A stretch of 64,000 nucleotides of DNA from Euglena gracilis (Eukaryota). The translations under genes and the position numbers were made by a program. The stretch lies in contig CP154954.1 in assembly GCA_039621445.1 (NCBI GenBank), forward strand, positions 36,937,703 to 37,001,702, in the 5' to 3' direction. The notes below the pieces were generated by a model, which was not told the DNA's origin, ran no database searches, and saw only the letters and a list, made by a program, of their open reading frames with translations. Positions 1 to 13,452 of this stretch are shown in pieces; within the stretch, counting starts at the first letter, position 1; each line of letters starts with the position of its first letter.

Positions 1-289
1 TTTTTTGACCGATTTGGACCCCATTTCCGGCCCTTTGCCTGTCCATCATGAAATCGAAAAATTTTCGGCCTCCCCTCAGTTTCAAGGTAGGAGGGGGGGT
101 CGGGTCTGCCCCCCCCCTCCGTGTTGAGAGGGCAGGTCCGACCACCCCCTGTGTTCTGGGTCATTTTCGGGTCAACAAATTCAAAAAAAGCAAAGAAAAA
201 TTCGGGTCAAAAAAATTCTGGGCTGGGCGATCGGGCTGCAGGCTGGGCCGTGCCGGGCCGGGCCGGGCCGCCGGTACGCCAAGTTGCCA

Positions 290-1100
290 ACTTCCAGAAA
301 TAATGTACGTTTTCTCGAGATATGTTTTTTTTAAAAAAAAATCGATTTTTTTACCAATTTCTGAACCCCGGCGAAATGGCAGAGCCAAAAGAGGGGGGGC
401 GCGGGCCAATCCTACCCAGTTTGGACCGCTTCGTGGGTGAGTAACTCGGGCCTGGCGGGGAGTTGTGGGTCAAATGGAGGTGATTCGGAAACTCGATATC
501 CAGTGTCCTGCGACTGAAAAGAAAAAAACGGTTGTAAGCTTCGCTCTAACTCAAAAGAGACAAGAACTCAACGACCCCCACTATAACCAGGTTTTGTGTA
601 GTGCTGAGCTCTTCACGTGTGCGATGGTTCCATGCTGCAGCAGGTGTTTGGGGCGTTTGGCAGTCGGGGCAGCCTGGCCCAGCCCGGCCCGGCCCGGCGA
701 CCCAGCCTGGCAGCCCGGGGCTCGGCAGGACCGCCTGACTGGAGGTCGAAAACATTTATTTTCAGCGCCAAAACAGTTTTTCCTGGTCCAGGAGGCCATA
801 ACACATGGTTTGGGGCATTTTTTTTTCAATGTTTCGAGGAACAATATGACCCCCTGGGGGCCACCTCGGGAAGCGGTGGATTATCACCATGACCCCGGCT
901 CTGTTCCCAAAATCTTATTCTTCAGTCGCAAGAGACTGGATCCCGAGTTTCCAAATCACCTCTGTTTGATCCCCAACTCCTCACCAGGCCCGAGTTATTC
1001 ACCCGCGAATAAGTCCAAACTGGGTCCTCTTCCGACTATCCCATTTAGTTGAGGTCCAAAAATCGGTCAAAAATATCTCGAGAAAACGTACATTAATTCC
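290..1100. mobile_element. Foldback / long-TIR non-autonomous element (second copy ~5945-6960)
   Basis: 412-517 (ccagtttggac...ctgcgactgaa) is an imperfect reverse complement of 921-1027. The 290-325 arm (aatgtacgttttctcgagata) mirrors 1070-1100. Confidence 0.6.
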
Positions 1101-4100
1101 GAAAGTGTCGGTCAGCAAATGTACCTCTGGAAGCCCTCTATCACCCCCCCCACCCCCGAACTCCGTTTTTTTTTTGGCTGCCAACACGCCTCCCAAAGGC
1201 GCAAAGCTGAATTTGAGTTTTCTGTGTGTGTTTTTGTGTGTGTTCAGGGTTCTGATAGAAGGAGGGAGGGTGTGTGGGGTTTAGGTTGAGGAATTTTGGA
1301 TTTTTTGGGGGGGAAGATTTTTCGGCCCGGCGCTTTGAGCCGGGCCAAAAATTGGCCACCCAGGCCACCACTGTTTAGGTGAGGGTGTATATGTTCTTTA
1401 TATCGAAACCTGCTGTGGTTTTGCATCACATTTTCGGGGGGTCCTATTGCCAAAAAGTTTGTAATGCAGGCCAGTGATGTTAGAGTGCAGCACATAAATG
1501 GTTTTCTTTTGCCTTGTTCAAACCATTGCTTGAAAACAGTTTTTTCGGATCTGGGAGGCCAAAAAAAAAACAACATTGCTTTGGGGATTTTTTCCCGACC
1601 TTTTTGACCTAAAAATGGCCAAAAAACGGCTGAAGTCAAAATAGGCCAAAATTTTTGCATGAGGAGGACATTTAGAATGCTCCTATGCAGCATACCATCC
1701 ATTATTCTCTCAAATGTAATCTTGCTAATCCGAGCTGTCACATTTGAAACAAAATATCCCCACCTGCATTGCTGAACATCGATAACCCCCCCCAAATTAC
1801 ACACCCCCAAATAACTCCCCCCCCCAAATTACACCCCCCCCCTCGGGGGCCGATTTCGGGCGCCCAAATAACACCCCCCCCTGTTTTCCTTTGGTTTTCC
1901 ATGTAAAAATAACACATCCCCCCAAATAACACCCCCCCCCCTAGTGCCCAAATAACACACCGGGGGGGGGGGTGTCTTATTTGGGGGGTTACATTCAATG
2001 CCTATGGAGCATTTTTTCACATTATCCGTGACGTTTCATGAGACACGACTCCGCATTATGCAGTTGCTCAGCCTACCTGAAATCTGGTGACTTCCAACCT
2101 TTTGGGCGATGGCCCTTTGAACGGACATAAACAGCCCAAGGGTTGGCGTCAGGCGTCGCTTAAAAGGGTCAGTTTTGGCAAACCACAAACTGATGATAAA
2201 GCATAAAGTAGGTCAAGAATTCGCCTGGGGCCCAAATGGCCATCATCTTCAAGTGAAAATTGTACAAAAATGGCCAGAATTGGCCAAAAAAAATGGGCCG
2301 AAACTTGGGCTGGGCGAGAAGTTACGGGGAAATCAAAATACTGTTAGACAGGGCATTTTTAGGGCTCCAAGTAGGTCTCTGTACATTTCCTTTGATTCCC
2401 CACCATTTTTCAAAAAAATCAGCAAAATCGATTTTTTTTTTGGCCCAGAAATCGGCCAGAAAGGGATGAGTTGGAAGCCTGCCGCGCTGTTCTGGTTGTC
2501 GATCAGCAAATGTTTCCCTGGAGGCCCTCTATCACCTCCCCCTCCCCTGAACGCCGTTTTTTTTTTTGGCTGCCAACATGCCTGGCCTGTGTTCTGGCGC
2601 GCTTTTATGGCCATAAATGGTCATTTTGGGGTGTTTTTTTGGGGGGGGGGCGTTTTTTTGGCAAAAAATCAGGTTTCCAAATATTTCGGCAATGATACAA
2701 AGTCAAAAAGAAATGTGCAGAGACCTAAATTGAAGCCCTTAAATTGCCCTATCCAACAATATTTTGATTTCCCCGCAGCTGCCCCGCCAAATATGGCCGA
2801 TTGACGGCCCAAAACTGCACGGCAGGCTTGCGACTAGCCGTTTTGGCCGCTTTTTTTTTGGAGGGGGTCGAAAAGTCGATTTTCTGAAATTTCTTAAAAA
2901 TGGTGGGGAATTAAAGGAAATTTCCGAGAAATAAATTGAAGCCCTTAAAATGCCCTGTCTAACAGTATCTTGATTTCCTCGCAACTCCCCGCCCATCCTG
3001 AGTTATGGCCCCTTCTTGGTCAATTTCGGTCATTTTGTACAGTTTTGGCCTATTTTGACTAAGCCGTTTTGGCCATTTTTAGGTCAAAACAGTCGAAAAA
3101 CATCGGAAAAATTTTATTGTTCCAAACGGTGTTCTTTTGGCCTCCCATACCCGAAAAACTGTTCTCATGCCAAAATGAGAGTTTTTCAACCCCCCCCCCC
3201 CCTGCCCCCCCACCCCCCGTTTCTGGCCCGAATCCCATGCACTTTGGGTCATCTCTGGATCAAAAAAGTCGAAAAACATCGAAAATTTCTGCCTAGAACC
3301 TTGTTTTTTGGCCTCCCGGACCAGGAAAAACTGTTTTCGAGCCAAAAAACAGCATTTTTTGACCCCTGGGGCCCCGTCTGTGGCCCGAACCCATGAAACC
3401 CATGTGTTCTGGGTCACTTTCGGGTTAACAAATTTAAAAAAAGCGAAAAAATTTTCGGGTCAAAAGAATTCTGGACTGGGCGACCGGGCTGCAGGCCGGG
3501 CCGTGTCGGGCCGGGCCAGGCCGGTACGCCAAGTTGCCAACTTCCAGAAATAATGTACGTTTTCTCGAGATATTTCTTTAAAAAAAAATCGATTTTTTAC
3601 CAATTTCTGAACCCCGGCGAAATGGCAGAGCCAGAAGAGGGGGGGCGCGGGCCAATCCTACCCAGTTTGGACCGCTTCGCGGGTGAGTAACTCGGGCCTG
3701 GCGGGGAGTTGGGGGTCAAATGGAGGTGATTCGGAAACTCGATATCCAGTGTCCTGCGACTGAAAAGAAAAACACGGTTGTAAGCTTCGCTCTAACTCAA
3801 AACAGACAAGCCAAAAATATCTCGAGAAAACGTACATTAATTCCGGAAGTGTCGGTACATCTGGAAGCCCTCTATTACCCCCCCCGAACCCCGTTTTTTT
3901 TTTTGGCTGCCAACGCGCCTCCCAAAGACGCAAAGCTGAATTTGAGTTTTTTGTGTGCGTTTTTGTGTGTGTTCAGGGTTCTGATATAAGGAGGGAGGGT
4001 GTGTTGGGTTTAGGTTGAGGACTTTTGGATTTTTTGGGGGTGAAGATTTTTCGGCCCGGCGCTTCGAGCCGGGCCAAAAATTGGCCACCCAGGCCACCAC

Positions 4101-4949
4101 TGTTTAGGTGAGGGTGTATATGTTCTTTATATCGAAACCTGCTGTGGTTTTGCATCACATTTTCGGGGGGTCCTGTTGCCAAAAAGTTTGTAATGCAGGC
4201 CAGTGATGTTAGAGTGCAGCACATAAATGGTTTTCTTTCACCTTGTTCAAACCATTGCCTGAAAACAGTTTTTCTGGGTCTGGGAGGCCAAAAAAAAACA
4301 TTGTTTTGGGGATTTTTTTCCGACCTTTTTGACCTAAAAATGGCCAAAAAACGGCTGAAGTCAAAATAGGCCAAAATTGTACAAAATGGCCAGAATTGGC
4401 CAAAAAAATGGGCCGAAACTTGGGCTGGGCGAGAAGTTACGGGGAAATCAAAATACTGTTAGACAGGGCATTTTTAGGGCTCCAAGTAGGTCTCTGTACA
4501 TTTCCTTTGATTCCCCACCATTTTTCAAAAAAAAATCAGCAAAATCGATTTTTTTTTTGGCCCAGAAATCGGCCAGAAAGGATGAGTTGGAAGCCTGCCG
4601 CGCTGTTCTGGTTGTCGATCAGCAAATGTTTCCCTGGAGGCCCTCTATCACCTCCCCCTCCCCTGAACGCCGTTTTTTTTTTGGCTGCCAACATGCCTGG
4701 CCTGTGTTCTGGCGCGCTTTTATGGCCATAAATGGTCATTTTGCGGTGTTTTGGGGGGGGGGGGGGCGTTTTTTGGCAAAAAATCAGGTTTCCAAATATT
4801 TCGGCAATGATACAAAGTCAAAAAGAAATGTGCAGAGACCTAAATTGAAGCCCTTAAATTGCCCTATCCAACAATATTTTGATTTCCCCGCAGCTGCCCC
4901 GCCAAATATGGCCGATTGACGGCCCAAAACTGCACGGCAGGCTTGCGAC

Positions 4950-5311
4950 CAGACAATTGCTTAAGCACTGTCCCACCCCCCCCCCCCCCCCCGGGGGGTG
5001 GGTGACTGGTTTTTTCAGAGTGACTGACTGGTTTTGGGCCCGGACCCCCTCCCCCCCCGGGGGGGTGTCGGCCAGGAGTGGGCAAAAGTGGCTTGAGTGA
5101 CCCCGGCGCCGAAGGCGCCGGAAAATTTTTTTTGGCCTAAAATGGCCTAAAGTGACTGGAAAGTGGCCGTTTTTCTGAGTGGCCGCCCCCCCCCCCCCCC
5201 CGGGGGGGGTAGTGACTGACTGGCTTCCCAAAAAAAAGTGACTGACTGGTTTTTAAAAAAGTGGAGTGACCCCCCCTCCCCCCCCCCCGGGGGTCGGTAA
5301 GCAATTGTATG
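4950..5311. mobile_element. hAT-like MITE, family 1
   Basis: TIRs CAGACAATTGCTTA / TAAGCAATTGTATG and 8-bp TSD CTTGCGAC (4942-4949, 5312-5319). An empty-site paralog lies at ~2825-2840. Confidence 0.93.
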
Positions 5312-7929
5312 CTTGCGACTAGCCGTTTTGGCCGCTTTTTTTTTTGGAGGGGGTCGAAAAGTCGATTTTCTGAGATTTCTTAAAAATGGTGGGGAATTAA
5401 AGGAAATTTCCGAGAAATAAATTGAAGCCCTTAAAATGCCCTGTCTAACAGTATCTTGATTTCCTCGCAACTCCCCGCCCATCCTGAGTTATGGCCCCTT
5501 CTTGGTCAATTTCGGCCATTTTGTACAGTTTTGGCCTATTTTGACTGGCCTCCCATACCCGAAAAACTGTTCTCATGCCAAAATGAGTGTTTTTCAACCT
5601 CCCCCCTGCCCCCCCCACCCCCCGTTTCTGGCCCGAATCCCATGCACTTTGGGTCATCTCTGGATCAAAAAAGTCGAAAAACATCGAAAATTTCTGCCTA
5701 GAACCTTGTTTTTTGGCCTCCCGGACCAGGAAAAACTGTTTTCGAGCCAAAAACCAGCATTTTTTGACCCCGGGGCCCCGTCTGTGGCCCGAACCCATGA
5801 AACCCATGTGTTCTGGGTCACTTTCGGGTTAACAAATTTAAAAAAAGCGAAAAAATTTTCGGGTCAAAAGAATTCTGGACTGGGCGACCGGGCTGCAGGC
5901 CGGGCCGTGTCGGGCCGGGCCAGGCCGGTACGCCAAGGTGCCAACTTCCAGAAATAATGTACGTTTTCTCGAGATATTTTTTTATAAAAAAAATCGATTT
6001 TTTACCAATTTCTGAACCCCGGCGAAATGGCAGAGCCAGAAGAGGGGGGCGCGGGCCAATCCTACCCAGTTTGGACCGCTTCGCGGGTGAGTAACTCGGG
6101 CCTGGCGGGGAGTTGGGGGTCAAATGGAGGTGATTCGGAAACTCGATATCCAGTGTCCTGCGACTGAAAAGAAAAAAACGGTTGTAAGCTTCGCTCTAAC
6201 TCAGAAGAGACGAGAATTCAATGACCCCCACTATAACCAGGTTTTGTGTAGTGCTGAGCTCTTCACGTGTGCGATGGTTCCATGCTGCAGCAGGTGTTTG
6301 GGACGTGTGGCAGTCAGGGCAGCCTGGCCCAGCCCGGCCCGGCCCGGCGACCCAGCCTGGCAGCCCGGCGCTCGGCAGGACCGGGCGGACCAGCCCGGCC
6401 CGGCCTGGCCCAGCGTGTCCAGAAATTTTTGACAAATTTCCGGAATTTTTTCCGGGAAATGTTCCAAAACCCATGGGTTTTGGGCTAAAAAATCGGGGGC
6501 TGGGGGGGGGGTCGAAAAACACTCATTCTCGGCTCAAAAACCCCGAACCAAAAATAACCCAAAACGCATGGATTTCGGGCTGAAAAACGGGGGGCTGGAG
6601 GTCGAAAACATTTATTTTCAGCGCCAAAACAGTTTTTCCTTGTCCAGGAGGCCATAACACATGGTTTGGGGCAATTATTTTTTCGATGTTTCGAGGAACA
6701 ATATGATCCCCTTGGGGCCACCTCGGGAAGCGGTGGATTATCACCATGACCCCGGCTCTGTTCCCAAAATCTTATTCTTCAGTCGCAAGAGACTGGATCC
6801 CGAGTTTCCAAATCAGCTTTGTTTGATCCCCAACTCCTCACCAGGCCCGAGTTATTCACCCGGAATAAGTCCAAACTGGGTCCTCTTCCGACTATCCCAT
6901 TTAGTTGAGATCCAAAGGTTGGTCAAAAATATCTCGAGAAAACGTACATTAATTCCGGAAGTGTCGGTACCTCTGGAAGCCCTCTATCACCTCCCCCCCC
7001 ACACCCCCGAACTCCATTTTTTTTTTTTTGGCTGCCAACACGCCTCCCAAAGGCGCAAAGCTGAATTTGAGTTTTTTGTGTGCGTTTTTGTGTGTGTGTG
7101 TTCAGGGTTCTGATATAAGGATGGAGGGCATATGGGGTTTAGGTTGAGGACTTTTGGATTTTTGGGGGTGAAGATTTTTCGGCCCGGCGCTTCGAGCCGG
7201 GCCAAAAATTGGCCACCCAGGCCACCACTGTTTAGGTGAGGGTGTCCCCTCCTCCTGGACCGGAGGGTAGGTGCGACCCCCCACATGCCTTATATCTGCT
7301 TTATGTCGAATCGTGCTGTGGTTTTGCATGACTTTTCGGGGGTCCTATTGCCAAAATTTTTGTAATGCAGGCCAGTGATGTTAGAGTGCAATATATATTT
7401 TGCTTTGTAATAGAAGGATCTTTATATGGTTTTCTTTCGCCTTATTCAAACCAGGCACTTTCCTGTGGGCAGAGTATAATTTTTTTGTAAGTGTGCAAAA
7501 TGAATAAAAGGTATGGTTCAGATGCATTTTTGAATGCGTGTTTTTGTTGTTGAAATTGACTTGCTCTCATTTTGACAGACCCTTGAACCTCTGGCAAAGA
7601 TTCCGGAAGCAATGTTGTGTTGGTTTTTGATTTTGGATTGTTCATTTTTCGAATTGTCTTTTAAGGCAAATGGATTGGCATTTTGTTTTTGTCTGCTAGA
7701 TTTGATTGAATCTGTCCCTCGAGTTCTCTCCCAAGGCAAGAGGGAGTATTGCGCAAATCAGGTGCTGTGCATTTGCTTTTCCGTCGCTTGTTTGGCTGGG
7801 TACTGCCCTTTTGTAATGTTCGTTGCCCCATGGAGTCCTGCTGTTTGCTTTATTTTTATTAGGCATTTTTTTTAAAAAAAAGAACCGCCATAAAAAGCAT
7901 GGCTTTTGCCGAACGTGGGGATGGCGGTC

Positions 7930-8055
7930 GACCCCTCGGGCTCCGCACTTTGCCATTGTGAGGCCATGCCTTGCTCGCCGGCGGTTTGTTGTGTGATTGT
8001 TCGCGGCGCTGGGTTAGGGGGTCCCGCTTAGTGCCTTTTTCGCCGGAGTTGGCTG
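7930..8055 (+). repeat. DIRS left terminal inverted repeat
   Basis: Reverse-complement matches to 35243-35275 and 35482-35583. Confidence 0.85.
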
Positions 8056-8219
8056 ATTCTTACCTTGCCCTTCGACACCAAGAAGAAAGGAAAAGAGTTC
8101 ACGAACGAAGAAGAACAAGAAAAGAAGTCAATACCACTTCAATATCCAGAAGGACACGCACCAGAGGAATATCAATTGAAAAGCCAATAATCAAATTTCA
8201 ATTTCGACTTCAATGAGCA

Positions 8220-8509
8220 ATGCAGTGGGAAAGAAAGTGGAATTATTTGGTCAGGGACGTCCTGGAGCAGTGGCCGCAGCAGCTGGAGAGCTTGGAGATG
8301 CAGTCGACACGTGGCAAACCGTGGCCGTTTCCCTCCCCAGACCCCCACCCCAGAAATTTCCCAGCACAAAACCCCCCCAGTGACGGCCACGGTCCTTGGA
8401 CCACTGTGGCCGGAAGGCCCAGAAAACAGAAGTCAGCCCCAGCCCTTGGGGGGCAAAAGATGGGCCATGGGGGCCCAACACGCTTCAGAATTGGCGATCC
8501 AAAGCCCAC
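8220..8509 (+). CDS. DIRS ORF1 (gag-like), segment 1 of 3
   Basis: MQWERKWNY...GDPKPT continues in frame into 14910 once element A and one TSD copy are removed. Confidence 0.75.
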
Positions 8510-9020
8510 TGTAAAGGGGTCCTAACCCAACATTTGGCCAAAATTTGCCTGAGTGGGGCCGAAAATCACTGAAATACCACTTTTTGGTTTTCAGTCGAAT
8601 TTAACCTACGGAAAAGATTATTATGGTTCGGCTTGAAAGCCTGAACTCAATTTTTGATCTTGCTGGGCCGATTCTTTGAAATTTTCAAGACCGGCCGACC
8701 AATTTTCCACAGTAGGATTTGCCATTTCCCCCCAATTACCCTAAGAAAGTCCCCACTCGAACCCAGCAATTTCAAACCAATCTCACACACAGGGTTCTTA
8801 GCCCATACCAATGCACTGGACAAGACTACAAAAAAATATCAATTGATTGTGCATGCAAGATACAGAATTTGAAAAAAAATGAATTTCAAGGTGCAGCTGA
8901 AAAAGTCCAAGGACAAAAAAGAAAACATTGAAGATTTTAGCTTCGAAGCCCGGCGGCCGCCTCAACAAAAAGCCGAGGCCGAAGGATCCGCAAAAAACTC
9001 GAACCAAGAAAGGGTTTTCA
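8510..9020 (+). repeat. 5' LTR of element A
   Basis: Direct repeat of 14383-14905 with a handful of substitutions and a short indel near the 5' end. Confidence 0.95.
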
Positions 9021-9038
9021 TGGAGGTCCTACCTGGAT
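9021..9038 (+). promoter_or_regulatory. Primer-binding site, probably tRNA-Gln
   Basis: TGGAGGTCCTACCTGGAT directly follows the LTR and resembles the complement of eukaryotic tRNA-Gln 3' ends (...GGACCUCCA). Confidence 0.75.
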
Positions 9039-11514
9039 CCTCCGGCCAGAGCGAGGCCCGCCAGGCAGTTGAAGCAGAAGAAGGACAAAGAAGAAAGTCA
9101 AACAAGATTGAAGCTGAAGAAACAAGCACGTCATTGACAGCTGCAGCTGGTGGAGGGGGGCCCTGCAATGGCCCCCCAGCGCGCGGTATTGAAGCTGCAG
9201 AAGCTCAGCAGGCGGACACATACAACACACGACCATGGTGTGCCAGCATACAACCCCCACCCACAGCCCTAAAGCTTCTAAAGAACCCGAAGAATTATAG
9301 GCATTCAGAAGTGTCATGTGGGGAAATTTTGGTGCCACAATGCATTCCATCTGCTGATTTTTCAGAAAGATCATTCTTGCCAAATTTACTTCTCGCATCA
9401 CCACAGATTTTTCAGAAAAGTGACCTCCCAGCAGATTTTCATGGGTTACCACTGAATTTTCAGACCCGAGAAGGTTTTTCACAGTTAACTTGGCCAATTT
9501 CAGCAAGAATTACGATGAGGACCCAGAATTTTCTGGAATTTTCTGAAGTCTCCCCACAGTTTTTGCCAATGGCATCCATTTTCAGCAAGATTTGTTGTGG
9601 AGGGCAGGGTCCCATTTACAAAGTGGCACGTATTTTCCCCCACAAAGAAACCCAGGCGTTGTCTCACCCAAGGATCTTTCAGGTTTCAAGTGAAAAGAGT
9701 GAATTTTCCCTTGTGCATTTGGCAGATTTTCAGCCAAAACGGTCGGAGATGGGTGATATCCTCTGTACGGGACAACTTTCCCTGGTGCCACAGATTTTTG
9801 CTGTGGTATTCATATTTTTTTCAGCCAATCTTGTCGGAGATGGGTGGAATCCTCCGTAGGGTAAATTTTTCCCTTTTGCCCCAGGCTGGGAGCGGGCACG
9901 GAGCAGACTTTTTAGCTGGTGGAGGAGAAACGGGAAGTGTCCCCCTCACACAAATTTCAGCCCCCCCTGCGGAAATGGAGATGGAGGGGGGAACAAAGAT
10001 CCTTGGAAAGAACGTGCAAGGAGGAGAGTGCACAAAATAATTCAGTTTGAGGTGCTTGGCAAAAAATGTTTTCAATTTCCCTGGGCAAAGTTGGAAAAAA
10101 ATGCAGATCCCCCAAAAATGGAAACCGCTTTGGTCAAAAGTGATCAAAATTCAGCGGGATTCCAGCCCAATTTTACTTTGGACAACAGCGCCAAAAGGCA
10201 AGAACTTTTTGACGAGAAATTACCAGTTTTGGGTTTGGAAAACTCAAATCAAACGCCGTTTCAGGCAGTTTTGCTGAAAATTCAAGGTTTTGTAGAAATT
10301 TTCACTTTGGTGATTGGGATTGAGCGAAGCTTTTCTCAATTGGAGTGCCTCAGAATTTTCAAACAGACACAATCCCAGTTTATTGCGGAAGGGGGTCAAC
10401 GTGGACAGTTTTTTCCCCCTGCCCAGATCACTGGCCGCAAATTTTACTTTCACACCCCGGGAAGGGAGGCCCCCAACCCCGGCGTCGCTGTGGTGGCGGC
10501 GTCCGGGGGCCCACTCCCCCACACCGCTGTGGTGGCGGTGCAGGGGGGCCCAGCAGCAGCCAACACAAGGAGGACAGCCCCACCCCCCAGCTATGGGTTG
10601 GGATTGAGCTATGGGTTGGGATCTGAAGGAATGAGAAGGACAGGGTTGGGACTTGAAGCGATGAGAAGGTCTGGGTTGGGACCTGAAGGAATGAGAAGGC
10701 GAAGCCCAGAGAGAGTGAGTGGGTTGGTTTTTCAAAATTTTTAAATTTTCCCCCCCGTCGCTCCCTACTCGGGCAACCTAGGCCCAGAGGTAAGGGGAGC
10801 TGCTTTTTTGGGTAACAGTGCTGGAGTGTTGGTCTTGCCCAAAGGGGAGGAGCACCATAAGGTGGTCTCTACCCCCTGTTGGCAAAGCCACACTTTGCAC
10901 GTTCCCATTACCCAACCCACAACAGTTTTTACCCCCCTCACTCTGTTTTTTGGTTCCCCCAGAATGGTGGATTTTCCTTCCGTAAGTTTGGAAGTAACAG
11001 CCTCACAAACAATACCCCTTTTGAATGCCCCCCAGCGAAGCGTGTTGAAATTTCCCGTTGAAAAGCATGAAAAATTTCCATCTGTGATGGCCCTGGTGCA
11101 AAATTTGCTCGCAGGGATGGGGGCAGGGGTATGGATGATGGGGGATGGAAACGTTTTTGGTTGCCAGATTTCAATTTTTGTTGGTATCCCGTTTTGGGAC
11201 ATGGTGAAAAATGAGGCAAAAATCAACAGATTTTCAGGTCACGGGCCTGAATTTTCTTTTCGTTGGCAGATTTTTACAACGAAACTGTCCAGACTTTCAA
11301 CAGCGTTTTTTGGGGATCATTGGAAGAATTTCGAGACAGAATTTTTGACGATTCAGGATTTTGTCAAATCTCCATCTCATGCGTACACCTGTCATGTGCT
11401 AAGACGGGAATTTCCCCAGATTTTTCACAAAGAAAGGAGGAATGAAAGCCAAAACGAAGAAGTAAACAGAAAGGAGTTGGCAAGGGACAAAATTTCGCTT
11501 CTTTCACTCAATGG

Positions 11515-13452
11515 GTGGTCATTTGGACAAAAATTGCTGTTTTCCCCCAGCGATTTTCATATCCCCCCGCTCAAATCGTGAGAGTGACACAGGGATGTCT
11601 TGAACAAACGGAGGGGGGATGGAATTTAAAGGGCCAGGTGCCCCCCCCTGAAACGAGTCAACCCCCCGATTGGATGGGGGGGACCAAATTCATTCAGAAA
11701 ACGCGAAACGAGACTTTTTCTCAGAATTTCATCAGAAATCCTCAAGAAGGGGGGGCGTTGTCAAAAAATTCTTCAGAGGTGAAAGAAGCACCGCTCCCAA
11801 ACCCCAACCCCACAACCTGTGTAATCAGAGCACCGTGTAAGTGTTGTGGTAAGGTTGGGAATAATGCCTCTAATTGTTGGACGAAAAATCTGAATGCAAA
11901 TCAAGCTCCCCCCGCACCCAGTTTTGGGCCCCATGCCCATGGGGGGGGAGGACGAGGCAAGGGGGGCGGGACGACCAATTTTAGAGACAAAGGTTGGGAA
12001 ACTGCCCAAGGAAAAAGTGGTGGCCAACGGTTCAGGGGCAGCACTTTTGTTCAAGTGCCCCCAGCGCTAAACTTGTTTCAGAAAATATTTGCGCCACAGT
12101 CAAACACTTTTGTGGACAAAGTCCAGCGATTTTTTTGGTCAAAAGTACCAAAGGTTTTGAAGCTTTTTACGGGAACAAAATCAGGAGGGGGGGTGGACTT
12201 GACTTTTGCATCTGTGCCTAAAACGAAATATGGTCAAGGCACCACCAAGTGTGAACGGAATTTGGAGTATGCCGATTCTCACACAAAAATGACACTTTCC
12301 AACACCCTATTTTTACAACCCCCCAGAATTTTCATTAAAATTCCCCGAAACGGCCTCAGGAAGGACCGTAAATTTTTGAAAGGGCTGATTTTTTTGAACA
12401 TTGATTTTTGTCAATGTAGTCCTTTTGACTACAAAAAGCCCACTCGTATTTGGGGAATGGTGGAGGGTTTTTCAAACCGTTTGTGTCCGGGTTTTTGGTG
12501 CAAGTACACCATCCCCGGTTCCAAAAGACATTTTCACCGTTCTGGTGGAAACATTTTTGGTGGGACGCCACATAAAAAATACCGAGTCCCAGATTTGGTC
12601 ATTTTTCAGGTTGACGGGAAAGAGGAAAGGCATATTCCAAAGGGGGAGAGTTTGGTGTTGGTCCCCCAAGGTACCCCCTCACGAATGACCCATGACGAAA
12701 GCGAATTTTGGATTTGGATGAACCCCAGATTTTGGGAAACGGTGGTGGAAGTGGACAATTTTCAGGTGGAAAAGGAAGAGGGGAAGGTTGAAACGCATTT
12801 TGCACCCCCTCATTTTTCCCAAGTGGAAAAAAGTGAATTATTTCAATTTTCTTTCGCCCGTTTGGGGAAAGAGAAGAAAAAATGGGTTGAACGGTCGACC
12901 AATAAAAATTTTGAGTCTGCCGATTTTACGCAAGGCACAAAATCCGACTTTTTTATTGGGCAAGTGTGGGAGGTGGAATCTGTTCATTTTCACGGGTTGT
13001 GTTTTGTGGAAGAAAGGAATAACGTTGGAATGAACAAAATGGGGATGAGCCCCACTCATTTGGAGGCGAGTGAGTGGGGGGCGTTCCAACGAAAAGTCGA
13101 TGTGTTGCACCGGCATAATTTCAGGGAGTTTAAACGTGTTATTTACGGAGAGGAGGTGGAACCCAACCCCGCCGTAAAGGACGGTGTGCAGAATTTTCAG
13201 AGAATTTTGGGAAAGAAAGTTGCCAAGGCATGGGACATGGCCGACGATTTTGTCGGTGAGGCTCGCGTAGGTACCCCCCAAGGAATTTTGGGTTCGGAGG
13301 AACAATTTTTGGAAAGGCAAGGAGGTGAGAATTTCACAGATTTGGATTTGCTTTTTGAAAAGCAAAAGGTGGACAGATTTTCCAAGCACATTTTTTCTCT
13401 AAGAGGCGGAAATTCCTGGCCAAGATTTGAGAGATGGCCCGGGAGGGCATAG
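11515..13452 (+). pseudogene. Degenerate gag knuckle plus C5 DNA-methyltransferase remnant of element A
   Basis: CKCCGKVGNNASNC is a decayed CCHC knuckle. KVLKLFTGTKS is motif I-like. IDFCQCSPFDYKKPTRIWG and KYRVPDLVI match the element C DNMT. The catalytic PC motif is absent. Confidence 0.65.

Larger units (their letters stand above)
1..7440. repeat. Patchwork of multi-kb tandem duplications built from non-coding TE-like modules
   Basis: Block ~140-545 recurs at ~3400-3800 and ~5800-6200. Block ~1070-1650 recurs at ~3810-4380 and ~6925-7440. Block ~2255-2835 recurs at ~4370-4949, and ~2836-3800 recurs at ~5312-6200. Confidence 0.9.

Noticed and set aside
2051-2066. 16-bp identity (CCGCATTATGCAGTTG) with 17243-17258 in gag
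   Set aside because: One 16-mer match is roughly expected by chance in 64 kb, and it does not extend.
48-7329. Numerous short ORFs in the flanking repeats
   Set aside because: Homopolymer-driven P/G/F/K-rich translations whose frames are not conserved between copies.
10590-10700. Short spaced repeats (GGGTTGGGA...GAAGG)
   Set aside because: A ~30-bp minisatellite without unique spacers or cas genes, so not a CRISPR array.
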